Positions 1-11,611 of a stretch of DNA of 64,000 bases are shown here, in pieces. Below the pieces are notes generated by a model. The model did no database searches and was not told the DNA's origin. It worked only from the letters and a program-made list of their open reading frames with translations. The DNA is from Ostrea edulis (Eukaryota), in the NCBI RefSeq assembly GCF_947568905.1, contig NC_079168.1:8680001-8744000 (forward strand). The letters are read 5' to 3'. The first letter of the stretch is position 1. Each line of letters starts with the position of its first letter. The translations under genes and the position numbers were made by a program.

Positions 1-218
1 GCAGCACTGTTTACTGCAATAATGACCTCCTAAATCACTGTAAGTGCACAATATTGACTGGTCATTACTATTAATGACGCTGAATTTGACCACTAACGAA
101 TTGATTAGAAATAACATTGTAAAAGCAATGATTATGTCAAGTGAATCAAACCCCATACTGATTGCCCCTTTGCTTGTTAAACAGACACTACATTATAATT
201 TATAGCACAATGTGCGTC

Positions 219-303
219 ATGTCTAGATCTCTATTGTAAAACACTATGTCTAGATCTCTATTGTAAAACACTATGTTTAGATCTCTATTGTAAAACACTA
301 TGT
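219..303. repeat. 27-bp tandem repeat x3 (atgtctagatctctattgtaaaacact)
   Basis: Directly visible copies. Confidence 0.9.
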
Positions 304-364
304 AGGGCCGAGATGGTTTGAAGATCATTATATGTAACATTAGGGGGTAGGACTTTTATCATAC

Positions 365-514
365 CTCCAGACGACTTAATTTCACACAGCACCAGTTCCT
401 CCGAGCCCAGCCCGAGTTTTTCCCGAGCATACTCAATAAGTGTGTGTACGGACGAGTTCATTGGTAGACGTAGGGTGCTGTAAGTGTGATCAGCACAATA
501 TATCTTCACTATAT
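365..514 (-). CDS. RAPGEF4: Epac/RAPGEF4 exon, RA domain (IVKIYCADHTYSTLRLPMNSSVHTLIEYAREKLGLGSEELVLCEIKSSG)
   Basis: K.YC.DHTY.T motif. ttgtag|AT and G|gtatga, 150 nt, phase 1/1. The next exon is outside the window. Confidence 0.96.
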
Positions 515-1451
515 CTACAACAAACACATACAATTCTTTATAAGACAAACACATACAATATATTATCAGATAAACAAACACACACAATATCAGACAAACA
601 AACACGTACAATATCAGACAAACAAACACATACAATATCAGATAAACACACACATACAATATCAGACAAACACATACAATATCAGACAAACAAACACATA
701 CAATATCAGACAAATACACACATACAATATCAGACAAACAAATACATACAATATCAGACAAACAAACACATACAATATCAGACAAACAAACACATACAAT
801 ATCAGACAAACACATACAATATCAGACAAACACATACAATATCAGACAGACAAACACATACAATATCAGACAGACAAACACATACAATATCAGACAGACA
901 AACACATACAATATCAGACAGACAAACACATACAATATCAGACAAACAAACACATACAATATCAGACAATACAATATCAGACAAACAAACACATACAATA
1001 TCAGACAAACAAACACATACAATATCAGACAGACAAACACATGCAATATCAAACAAACAAACACGTACAATATCAGACAAACACATACAATATCAGACAG
1101 ACAAACACGTACAATATCAGACAAACAAACACGTACAATATCAGACAAACACATACAATATCAGATAAACAAACACATACAATATCAGACAAACACATAC
1201 AATATCAGACAAACACATACAATATCAGATAAACACATACAATATCAGACAAACAAACACGTACAATATCAGACAAACAAACACATACAATATCAGACAA
1301 ACAAACACGTACAATATCAGACAAACAAACACATACAATATCAGACAAACAAACACGTACAATATCAGACAAACAAACATGTACAATATCAGACAAACAA
1401 ATACATAGTATATATTATAATCACACAAACAAACACATACAATACAATATC
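515..1451. repeat. 20-24-bp minisatellite (caaacaaacacatacaatatcaga)n abutting the RA-exon acceptor
   Basis: Dozens of visible copies, which generate the spurious repetitive ORFs here. Confidence 0.97.
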
Positions 1452-1561
1452 GGAAAAAGTTTTACAAATATTACAAATTCTTACACTGATCCAACTATCA
1501 AGCTTTCATTTCAGAGTGAAATCATTGCATTTTGATTCTGATGCTATCCAAAATAACTTAC

Positions 1562-1695
1562 TCTCGTCTGTAGCTTTAATGGGCTGCTTTTTATTAATAC
1601 TGTCTATGTACAATTCATTGGCCATTTTCTTTGTTAACATTACACTGGGAGAAATTCTTCTTTTCCCAACCTCAGGTTTTTCTATATACTGAAAG
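1562..1695 (-). CDS. RAPGEF4: Epac/RAPGEF4 exon, REM-RA linker (FQYIEKPEVGKRRISPSVMLTKKMANELYIDSINKKQPIKATDE)
   Basis: KKQPIKATDE resembles KRQPIRGSDE. ttttcag|C and A|gtaagt, 134 nt, phase 2/1. Confidence 0.88.
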
Positions 1696-1883
1696 CTGAA
1701 AATGAAACAAAACATTTTGATACTTCCCACGTAATGTGCAGCTAATGTTACAGGTTAAGGAGTTGAGGGGATTTTTAATTAACAATATTTTATTCCGAGA
1801 AAACTGAGTGGGATAAAGCATCATGTAGCACTTACTGTTAACCAAGTCCTCCCATATTTGTAAAATGATGCCACCAAGTAAAG

Positions 1884-2200
1884 ATAGAATTACCCTTTTG
1901 TTAACACATACAGAGTTACCCTCTTGTTAACACATACAGAGTTACCCTCTTGTTAACAGAGAAACCTCCATCTTGTTAACAGATACAAAGTTACCCTCTT
2001 GTTAATACATACAGAATTACCCTCTTGTTAACACATACAGAATTACCCTCTTATTAACAGAGACACCTCCATCTTGTTAACACATAGTTACCCTCTTGTT
2101 AACAGATACAGAATTACCCTCTTGTTAACAGAGAGACCTTCAGCTTGTTCACACATACAGAGTTACCTTCTTGTTAACACATACAGAATTACTCTCTTGC
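1884..2200. repeat. About 26-bp minisatellite (acagagttaccctcttgttaacacat)n
   Basis: Visible degenerate copies just downstream of the 2223 donor. Confidence 0.9.
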
Positions 2201-2222
2201 TCACAAGAATCTTTCTACTTAC

Positions 2223-2317
2223 CCCTTCACACATGACATCATGCTCTCTAATACTGCAAGTTCTGAAGCAAGGGAGGGAAATGAAGCACAATCTTCATCC
2301 ACGTAACTGTGTAGTTC
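2223..2317 (-). CDS. RAPGEF4: Epac/RAPGEF4 exon, REM end (ELHSYVDEDCASFPSLASELAVLESMMSCVK)
   Basis: ttttctag|GAA and GG|gtaagt, 95 nt, phase 0/2. Weak similarity to vertebrate EEFYVSVSDDA..LKEQL..LE. Confidence 0.85.
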
Positions 2318-2461
2318 CTAGAAAAGTCAAAGTACTGAAAGTACTGTAAAGTTCCTAAAAAAAACATCAACTACAAACATTATACAATAATCATTCACAT
2401 AACTGTGTTGTTCCCAGGACCTCGAAAGACCTTGCTCCAAAAGTCCTTGTCTCAAGGAATA

Positions 2462-2933
2462 TTTGTAATCAATTTCTGATGAAAGCTTTAGGAGATATGA
2501 GCTCAGATGGATGTACAGACGATCAGACAAACATGATGTTTGTAATCAATTTCTGATGAAAGCTTTAGGAGATATGAGCTCAGATGGATGCACAGACGAT
2601 CAGACAAACATGATGCACGTACAGACGATCAGACAAACATGATGCACGTACAGACGATCAGACAAACATGATGCACGTACAGACGATCAGACAAACATGA
2701 TGCACGTACAGACGATCAGACAAACAGGATGCACGTACAGACGATCAGACAAACAGGATGCACGTACAGACGATCAGACAAACAGGATGCACGTACAGAC
2801 GATCAGACAAACATGATGCACGTACAGACGATCAGACAAACATGATGCACGTACAGACGATCAGACAAACATGATGCACGTACAGACGATCAGACAAACA
2901 TGATGCACGTACAGACGATCAGACAAACAGGAT
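2462..2933. repeat. About 77-bp duplication followed by a 29-bp minisatellite (gtacagacgatcagacaaacatgatgcac)n
   Basis: Near-identical copies. Confidence 0.95.
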
Positions 2934-3154
2934 GGTGACTATATGCTGACATAAAAATAGAAGATATCTCATAAATTATATAAGGTATCTTTATAGAGGA
3001 ATAAATATAAATATGGCATGACATATAAATGCATCATATGAAACAGAGATGCTTTAGAATAAAACAGACAATTTAATAACAAATAATTAAACAATGCTGT
3101 CCCTACTGTCAAGAACATTTCTATTTTTAAACTTCAAATTTAGGAATATTGATG

Positions 3155-4310
3155 AATAATTTAATTCTTATTGTATCCTTGTCTCTGATTGGTCAAATTT
3201 CAATTGAGGAACGCAAGTTATTTTTGTATAACCTGGTTTGGTATGGGGACACATCCCCTTGAAAACCAGATGTCGGAACTATTTTTTTCTCTCTCTCTAA
3301 ATTTACATCACAGCACTGTTTTCAGCCTTCTATGGAATAGAAAGTCAACGTGCACAATAAGATACTTCGGTTTGATACACATCTTGTTTTCTCGTTGTCA
3401 ATATTAGCATCTATTTGTACGCAAGTCACTGTTGTAAAACATCTTTCTTTGTATGTATGGTCGAATAATAGATTAAAACAAAGATATTATATTCGAATCA
3501 ATGATTTGTCAAGTAAGCATTACCCTGTTCATTTTGAAATACATTTCTCACTGGGGAAAAGGAGGGGTTGGGTGCGTTGTTTCATTGCTTGATCAGTCTT
3601 TCAACAAAGCAAACAAAAATTCATGCGTCACATTTTATCACATGACATCAGACACATTGACATGTGGATCGCAATTTGTCACTTGCTTATATATTTTCTT
3701 GTGTCGGATTTACTATTAGCGACAACATTGCATACAAGGGTAAGTTTTCATATAGTAGAAGTTTTCACAGAGTTGAAAGTCGTAAATTATTGCTTTTTTT
3801 AATATTTGAAGATTTATTTTGGGTAGGCCAAACAATGCAATTTCCCATATTTTCTCAATCTGTCGGAGATGAGCGACTTTAAAAGTCGATCTCTATCTCT
3901 AAAGGGCAGCGAAATACGCATTGCTTGCATAGTCTACACATATTTTCTATCATGATAAACTTCACTTTCGATGTACAATATTTTGATAAATGGCTAGGCT
4001 CCGTAGAACTAAGATTAAAGATGGCGACCTTCGGCTTCACAGCTAGATGCTTTGTGTCGCTGTTCCTAAGTGAATCATTGTGCGGCTTAGTTGACTTGTA
4101 TTTTTCCGAGTTTATGTACATTTTGATAAACAAAGGTTAGCATCTTTGTCTCTTGCATTAAATTAAATTCTGGGGCAAGTTATACGAGTATAACCTGGTT
4201 TGGGTCAGTTTACGCTTTTTTATAATCCACTTTGCGGATTATAAAGCATAAACTGACCCAAACCAGGTTATACTCATATAATTTGCCCCAGAACTAAAGT
4301 AATTCCTTAA
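3155..4310 (+). mobile_element. Putative non-autonomous DNA element ending in a 126-bp hairpin (4168-4293)
   Basis: ttctggggcaagttatacgagtataacctggtttgggtcagttta...taaactgacccaaaccaggttatactcatataatttgccccagaa is an inverted repeat. The left boundary is uncertain. Confidence 0.5.
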
Positions 4311-4354
4311 ATGGTTTATATCATTACACAAGATGGATACAGCCCTATACCGAC

Positions 4355-4505
4355 CTGTAAGAACGTTTGGGTTTGTTCATCTTCGTTGAAGATGTCCTGT
4401 GCCAGGTTGTTCCATTCCTGTACAAACTGTATAACACTCCTTTTTTGTGTCACTCCATAATCTCCAGCATCCTGTTCTTCTGTCTTTAGAGACTTGGCGT
4501 CATAA
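4355..4505 (-). CDS. RAPGEF4: Epac/RAPGEF4 exon, REM (YDAKSLKTEEQDAGDYGVTQKRSVIQFVQEWNNLAQDIFNEDEQTQTFLQ)
   Basis: KR.VI..V..W REM motif. ataag|T and CAG|gtcggt, 151 nt, phase 2/0. Confidence 0.92.
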
Positions 4506-5865
4506 CTTATACGGTGTTAGGAAAAATTACTTCACAGGAACTACACTTAAACATCCAGAATTTGTACTGTGTTACAGAAAATTACTTCACGGAAACTACT
4601 CTTACACGACTCAGAACTTGTACTGTGTTAGAAAAAATTACTTCCTGCACGACTCAGAACTTGTTCAGTATACTTCACAGAAACTTTACTTACATGACTC
4701 TGAGACATGGTGAAATAATTTGCACAGTGTAAGGCCGAAAAAGAATTGAAAAACAAATCATGTGGTACCTTTTGAACGGATGCGGCAGGACCTGAGAAAC
4801 TATTGATTAATTTTTTTTGGCCTAAGGGAAAAGTGCTTCACAGAAAGTAAATTCAACTTTAAATTCATAAGAAGAGGAACTAAATAGAGGAATTTCTAGT
4901 TCCAAATGATCCAAGTCATGACTAGTTATTGCTTATATTGATTCAGAGAGAGAAAGAAAATAACTTAAAGATCTGTTTTGTTTATTTTAGATATAACAGA
5001 GTTTAGACTAAAACAAGATTAGTTTGAGAAATGTTAGGCCTCTAAGCATGGTCAAGTTCAAATACAGCAATTTGACATTGACCTTAATGAATGACCTTAA
5101 CCTTAAGATGTCATTGCATTGACCTTTAAGTTCACCAACTACGAAATCTCTATCTTTCATTGTTAAAGAATTATACGACCAATGTTAAATTTGCAGACAA
5201 AGAGACATACTTTCTGATCTATGATCTAGTCGAGGAAAACAATGATACTTTCAGTTAGTTTTCGAGTCTTTTTTTCTCTTAATGTGAATACCATATGCGC
5301 ATTTACACTGTACCGTATATACACGCCTATAAGTTGGATTTTTTGGAGTTAAATTTTGATCCCAAACTCTATGTCCGACTTACAGGAGTGTCCAAAGAAG
5401 ATTAGTATTTTTCTGAACGGCGTAATGTATAGCCTAGTATTTTTTAAACAACAAAAACAAGGACGAAATAAACAAAATAAAAACTGTTTAATTTGCTGAG
5501 AATAAAAAGTGAACTATCGATGTCATATCCCAAAATATCATAATAAGAGTATTGACATGAAATTGATTTGTTGGGGAAAAAATATCAAATATCGGCGCAT
5601 TTCTCAAAATATTATTTGAAACACAGGTAAAAACATTAGAGCATTGATTTGAAATTGTCAACCAATTCTTGAAAAAAAGCAAGACTGACTTATAAATGGG
5701 TCAATGGCAATTCCCTCCAAAGTAACCTAAAACTATACAACTGACTTATAGGCGAATCGACTTATAGGCGAGTATATACGATTATTTCTTTAATAAAAGC
5801 ACAGTTTGGTTTTACAAGATGCAAGGATCAGTACATTAAATGTGGTTTCAGTTTTATAAGGATAC
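4506..5865 (-). other. U12-type (minor spliceosome) GT-AG intron
   Basis: The 5' splice site GTATCCTT matches the U12 consensus RTATCCTT. TTTTTCCTAAC (plus 4516-4526) sits about 12 nt before the AG, and there is no polypyrimidine tract. Confidence 0.85.
5313..5782. mobile_element. Tc1/mariner-pogo-like MITE inside the U12 intron
   Basis: TIRs ccgtatatacacgcctataagt and acttataggcgagtatatacg, preceded by TA. Confidence 0.65.
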
Positions 5866-5944
5866 TATGAAAGCAAGGCTGGACAAAGCTTTTCTGTTGG
5901 CATAAATATCACATGTGTTAGCAGGAAGTCTTCCAGAAAACTGT
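5866..5944 (-). CDS. RAPGEF4: Epac/RAPGEF4 exon, REM (DSFLEDFLLTHVIFMPTEKLCPALLSY)
   Basis: FL.DFLLTH..FMP motif. tttcag|AC and TA|gtatcctt, 79 nt, phase 1/2. Confidence 0.96.
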
Positions 5945-6024
5945 CTGAAAATACAGCAAAATTCTCCATCAGAAATCTGTATTCCTAATCTCTACAATCA
6001 ACTAAAGCATTGTGTGAGGTCTAC

Positions 6025-6113
6025 CTGTGGTCTCCTCGGATTTGGTGTTGTCTAGTCTCGTCTCCAGCAGGTGCTCCAACATCTTCTCTGGAGTGCCGGC
6101 CATGACCGAATAC
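6025..6113 (-). CDS. RAPGEF4: Epac/RAPGEF4 exon, REM start (YSVMAGTPEKMLEHLLETRLDNTKSEETT)
   Basis: Y.VM.GTPEK.LEH.LE motif. ttacag|G and G|gtagac, 89 nt, phase 2/1. Confidence 0.96.
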
Positions 6114-6367
6114 CTGTAAAATAGCAAGACTCCGTGGTTAAAAAAATAATCTTATTTTCTTGTATACTGTCTGAAAATCTGTCAGGCTACTTCAAAGTGC
6201 AAATTGATACATATAGAGAATCTTTTGCATAGGAAACCATTTACCTGAGAAGGAATTCTTTTTTAAATCTGTCTCCAAACGCATGCAGACTTACTAGTTA
6301 ATGAATTTCAGTAAAAACATGTATGTAGTTAAGATAAGTACCATTATGAGGTATGAGGCATTCTTAC

Positions 6368-6480
6368 TTGTAGTTGGATTGCATAGTTCCGTCTGCTGCT
6401 TGTGATTTTGTGGGAATCTTTTCCAGGACCAAGACATCTTGACCATGTTCCTTTAATCTCACAGTGTTTGCCTCAACATC
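6368..6480 (-). CDS. RAPGEF4: Epac/RAPGEF4 exon with the VLVLE lid ([37 protein letters not shown])
   Basis: VLVLE motif. ctccag|GAT and AA|gtaaga, 113 nt, phase 0/2. Confidence 0.97.
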
Positions 6481-6692
6481 CTGGAGAAGGTCATTCAAGG
6501 AAAATATAAAAATTCAAATAACAAAAAAAACCTAACCCAGTTTATGTCAATCTCACTGATTGGACAACTGTAAATTTCCTAACAACCCTGTGTCCCACTC
6601 TTCAATCACCGTTCTTCCAATTCTTGGATATCTATTCTTAAAAAAATTGTTTTTGAATTTATCCATAACTGAAAATACACAATTTTTTTTAC

Positions 6693-6771
6693 CCTCAATA
6701 TCCTGTTAAAATCCTCTTTGTCAACTCTGAGGAAATGGCAATTGTCTTCCCGTAAAACAATGGTGGCTGCC
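6693..6771 (-). CDS. RAPGEF4: Epac/RAPGEF4 exon ([26 protein letters not shown])
   Basis: Hinge motif [14 protein letters not shown]. ttacag|G and AGG|gtaaaa, 79 nt, phase 2/0. Confidence 0.97.
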
Positions 6772-7347
6772 CTGTAAATTAGAACGATGCAGAATGAATT
6801 GAAGATAACTGATTAATGACATCAAGAATTTTTGTTGTGGTGTTCGCTGTAATGGAAAATCTACCAGATTGAAATATCTACAACTCTAACGATGTTTCAT
6901 AAATTAAATGAGCCGTTCCTAGTTTTTTTTTTTACAAATATGCAAAAGGTGACGCCACGTTTTTTCATTATGATGTTTTTTGAAAAACATTGTTGGATAA
7001 GATAAGCTAGGGTCTTTAATGTATTACAGATCATGAAACAGCTGATTCATAAGACATAACATTCTGAGAAAATGTTTATACATTGAATTCCCAGTTGTCT
7101 CCAAAGAGTAGATTTAATCTTTATTTTCAAACATTCATATGTATATTCTAAACCTTTATCTATGACTATTATGAATAGATATGAATTAGAAGGTAGGGGT
7201 TTTCAACAAACAATTATTAATTAAGTCACAAGTAAAATACTATGAATGTTTCATGTCAGATTGAAAGTTTGAAAATGAAAATACACCAGGATATACCGGT
7301 ATATGTTTCACTGTAGACGGGTAAATATTGATGTATTATAAATTTAC

Positions 7348-7415
7348 CTTGGAGCATCATTAAGCAAAGCCAGCTTCCCAAAATCATCTCCTTCGTGAAG
7401 AGTGCAAACTGCTCC
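7348..7415 (-). CDS. RAPGEF4: Epac/RAPGEF4 exon, cAMP phosphate-binding cassette (GAVCTLHEGDDFGKLALLNDAPR)
   Basis: FGKLAL.NDAPR is the Epac-type PBC. tttag|GGA and AG|gtaaat, 68 nt, phase 0/2. Confidence 0.97.
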
Positions 7416-7679
7416 CTAAAAATATCAATACATTAATAGTATACTCTTAGCTTGTACTTTCATGAGAAAGATTTCGTTCCGATTTTTTTAAAAGTGAAAC
7501 TTTAGTTGTGAATTTACTCAGTACTGTAACAACTGCACTGATTGAAAAAAATAGTACTGCCGCTTGCAAGAGTTATCTCTCTTGAAATGACCTAATGTGA
7601 CAAGCAATTCTATCTGAAGGAGAGCAGTGCTCAGTTTTATTTCTTTGTTTTAATCCTTGGCCACAGAATGAATACAGAC

Positions 7680-7756
7680 CTTGCCGTAAATGACGACATT
7701 GACTGAACCTTTCAGGATAATGTACCAAGATTTCCCTTCATCACCCTGGTTAAACA
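7680..7756 (-). CDS. RAPGEF4: Epac/RAPGEF4 exon, CNB-B ([26 protein letters not shown])
   Basis: Canonical CNB motif. gtcag|TG and AAG|gtctgt, 77 nt, phase 1/0. Confidence 0.97.
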
Positions 7757-8199
7757 CTGACAGCAAAAGAAAGAAATCGAATAAGACAGCACCCAATATA
7801 TACAATTTATCATCAATTTGGGCAAATGATATTCATATTTTTCAATGAAATCAAAATGGCAAATCTGATATTTGACTTTAAATAGACATAGTTAATGTGA
7901 ACCCACTGACAGTTAAAATGAATGCAATCTAATACATGTACGTATACATGGACACAAATAACATTTTAGCCTTTGCAATCTCTAATATGCGAGTTCAAAT
8001 TTGCATTGCCATCAAGAGTTTTTTCCTAATTACAGGTATACAAGCCATTTCAATTCAAAATCAACATTAAAAAAAGCGAGCAATAGGATAAACTAAATCA
8101 ATTTGAGTAAAATTGTTTGCATCAATTTTTTGGTCCTAGATAATATACATGTATATACATGTAGTTCTAGGTGCTATCCTCCGCAGTAGGAATACATAC

Positions 8200-8345
8200 A
8201 CACTGTGCCTGCCTTGGCGTGGGATTCGAACACGAGAACACTGGCTAACTCCCGCTTGACACTCGTGGAGAGATGAGAAAGAGCCTTGATGTGAAGCAAT
8301 TCCTCGTAGATTATCTCAAGGTCATCCAAGGTCCTGTCTTGTGGC
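8200..8345 (-). CDS. RAPGEF4: Epac/RAPGEF4 exon, start of CNB-B ([48 protein letters not shown])
   Basis: Closely matches the Epac2 sequence as recalled. tttcag|G and T|gtatgt, 146 nt, phase 2/1. Confidence 0.97.
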
Positions 8346-8563
8346 CTGAAAAATACAAATTATCGAAAGTTCATAAAATCACACCATTTATTCATAAATT
8401 ACTGAGTTTCCGAGTTTTGTATAAGCATGTACATGTGTATTATGTGATTTTGATGCAGAAATCATTTACTATGATAATGGCATTCTGATTTATATGGAGG
8501 GAGCTCTATAATAAGAGTTTAATAGGACTTTAAAACTATTAGTATCCATTTCAGTATCTAAAT

Positions 8564-9154
8564 GCAACATTAAATATTTTGATCTATGGATCCACACATT
8601 AAATATTTTGATCTGTGGGTCCACACATTGAATATTTTGATCTGTGGGTCTACACATTGAATATTTTGATCTGTGGGTCCACACATTGAATATTTTGATC
8701 TGTGGATCCATACAATGAATATTTTGATCTGTGGGTCCACACATTGAATATTTTGATCTATGGATCCATACATTGAATATTTTGATCTGTGGATCCATAC
8801 AATGAATATTTTGATCTGTGGATCCACACATTGAATATTTTGATCTGTGGGTCCACACATTGAATATTTTGATCTGTGGGTCCACACATTGAATATTTTG
8901 ATCTGTGGATCCATACAATGAATATTTTGATCTGTGGATCCACACATTGAATATTTTGATCTGTGGGTCCACACATTGAATATTTTGATCTGTGGATCCA
9001 CACATTGAATATTTTGATCTGTGGGTCTACACATTGAATATTTTGATCTGTGTGTCCACACATTATTTTGATCTATGGATCCACACATTGAATATTTTGA
9101 TCTGTGGGTCTACACATTGAATATTTTGATCTGTGGGTCTACACATTGAATATT
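8564..9154. repeat. 29-bp minisatellite (cacacattgaatattttgatctgtgggtc)n, about 20 copies
   Basis: Visible copies. Confidence 0.97.
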
Positions 9155-9520
9155 TCATTTGAAGTGACATGTAAAAATAAATTTATCTGTGTGATCCGGC
9201 CGAGATGTCATCAAGAAATCTTATGAGACAATATACCTCCCCTGGGTATAGAATTATCTATATACATATCATTAAAACTCTCTATACAAAGATCTTTATG
9301 ACAGAGTGGACATCATTTCATACTGAACAGCAAGGACCCCATCAAAATAAATGGAATTTTTCTGTTGAGTCTGATGCCTTTAGCATCCATGTTTTAATTC
9401 AACATTAAAGAAAACTTTGAATAGTCTTAAACATTATGTTTTTCAAAATTCCGCACATGTGAGTAACCCCCGTGAATATTGGGGTGCATTATTTTTACAT
9501 GTCACTTCAAATGAAATATT
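9149..9520. mobile_element. MITE-like element with 32-bp inverted repeats
   Basis: aatatttcatttgaagtgacatgtaaaaataa (9149-9180) is reverse-complemented at 9489-9520. Confidence 0.65.
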
Positions 9521-9975
9521 GTACGTCTAGATTTATTCTGTCAGCACAATACACAGAAAATTTACTATATAATGTATCTAATTCTGATCAAATATCATTA
9601 CAGGATATTTTCTAATGATCCCGTGTAATGACCTGAAATATATATGTGATGTCAATCTCTGATGTCTACTAAGTAAATAACAAATACATGTCCCTAAGGA
9701 ATTTTTTCTTCAGTAAAATAGGATCATGATGTAACAGAGTATGTGAATATGTCAACCTTTCCCCACCCTTGATCTCTATATATAAGATTGTGTCCACATC
9801 GGTAATTATAATAAATTCTTTTATTTAGACAGGATAGCACAATTAGTACAAATGACTAGTTTACATTGTGGTCCTGTGTAAAACATATTCACAGACAGAT
9901 AAATGAGAGAATCGAAAAATAGGTAACATAATATAAAATATATACATTAAATATACACACGATATCACTGGGAAA

Positions 9976-10485
9976 AACAAGAGGTACTGTGAGCAATGCT
10001 CACTAAGAATACCCCCTGCTTACCCCAATCTCCCAAAGGGTGTTGGTAATAGGTATAAACTACCTCTTTTCTGAGTGTAAAAAACAAATGGCATGACAAA
10101 CCGAACCATATTGCTACTTCAATGTCCTGCAGTGCGCTTGACCTTTGACCTTTTGACCCCAAAATCGATAGGGAACATCTTCATCCCATGGGTAGTCCAT
10201 ATGTATGATATGGTGACTGTAGGTGGAAAGGATAACGCTTTAGAGCCCAGAAACCATATTGCTACTTCGATGTCCAGTGCGCTTGACCTTTGGACCCCAA
10301 AATCGGTAGGGAACATCTTCATCCCATGGGTAGTCCATATATATGATATGGTGACGGTAGGTGGAAAGAATAATGCTTTAGAGCCCGGAAACCATTGCGT
10401 CTACAGACGGACGGACGGACAGACAGACGGACATCCCGATTCCAGTATACCCCCCCCCCCACAACTTGTTGCGGGGGGTATAAAA
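9976..10485 (+). mobile_element. Helentron-type non-autonomous element (HINE-like)
   Basis: aacaagagg start, internal repeats with gacctttgacc, (gacg/gaca)n microsatellite and a 3' hairpin ccccccacaacttgttgcgggggg. Confidence 0.65.
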
Positions 10486-10609
10486 ATAAACATATACATA
10501 TCTATAGATCACTTATTTGAGTATATGCTGCAAATATGCTGATTTAAAAGATGTAATAGAACCACGGCTTCTGACAGCTTCTTTATCATTAATTTATTTT
10601 TTCAATATT

Positions 10610-11240
10610 TCCAATTGTAAAAGGAAGGGAGAAAATGCAACAGACCAGACCAGACCTGAATCTCCAGTCAGGTGTTCTACCAACTGAGCTAACTGATCGA
10701 ATCTGTCTGACTGCCACATTCATCCCTCCTTAAAAGTCTTCACACCTTATGGGCTGAATGATATTTTCACTTGTCTAAGTTCCAGGGGCTCATGTCTACA
10801 GCACCAAATGTAATATAGGAAAGGAGAAAATTTATGGATGGACGGTGATGGTCCCCCCTGCATTACTAGTCAGGTGCTCTAACCACTGAGCTATCTGGCC
10901 ATTGGTGATCAATCTCGTCTGACCACCACATTCCTCCCTCCTTAAATGTCTTGGCCCTCAAAGACACACAGCCCAGATTCTTTTTGCCTCTAGCAGGACT
11001 TTCACCTGCAAGTCCAGGGGTGGTCAATGGTACTAAATGTTAATGGAAGGAAGAAAATGCAACAGACCAGGACCGAGATTCAAACCCAGGCCCCCTACAT
11101 CTCCAGGACCGGGATTCAAACCCAGGCCCCCTGAATCTCCAGGACCGGGATTCAAACCCAGGCCCCCTGAATCTCCAGGACCGGGATTCAAACCCAGGCC
11201 CCCTGAATCTCCAGTCAGGTGCTCTACCGACATGATTAGT
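10610..11240 (-). mobile_element. Three degenerate tRNA-derived SINE-like heads, with a 36-bp tandem amplification of the B-box segment (about 11070-11215)
   Basis: The minus strand reads tagctcagtggttagagcacctgactag (A box) and gggtttgaatcc (B-box-like). A related copy is near 40140-40235. Confidence 0.6.
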
Positions 11241-11611
11241 TTCTATCTCTACCCTGAAATCTGAGAAATCAATGACATTTTTAAAATTGTTACCATTTCA
11301 CACCATAGGCAATGATTATGTCTGTGTAACAATTATTCACCTGAGCCACATTGAGTGACAAATGATATTAAAGGACAGTCAAGAGTTCTCAGTTCTAACC
11401 AAAAAGTGCACTGAACAACACCCCCCCCCCCCCCCCCCCTTATATGTGCATGTGCAAATATTTTCCTTGATGAATTCCTGTCGGTACGCAATTCTTATAT
11501 CCTCTTACTGCCTGCTAATTCAGTGGCAATTTTTGTTGCAATTGAACTTTGAACTTGTCATTTCACCATCTCTACGTTAGAAATTGTTACACTCATGTAT
11601 GGAGCTGGACA

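Noticed and set aside
440-1428. Long ORFs on both strands (242 aa, 248 aa, and the N-terminal part of ORF 285-815)
   Set aside because: They are translations of a stop-poor minisatellite. Only 365-514 is a real exon.
8490-9088. Repetitive 171-172 aa ORFs, and likewise those at 11033-11880, 16228-16491, 31467-32224, 58226-58575, 59381-59789 and 60515-60893
   Set aside because: Periodicity equals the tandem-repeat unit, with no domain signal or splice context.
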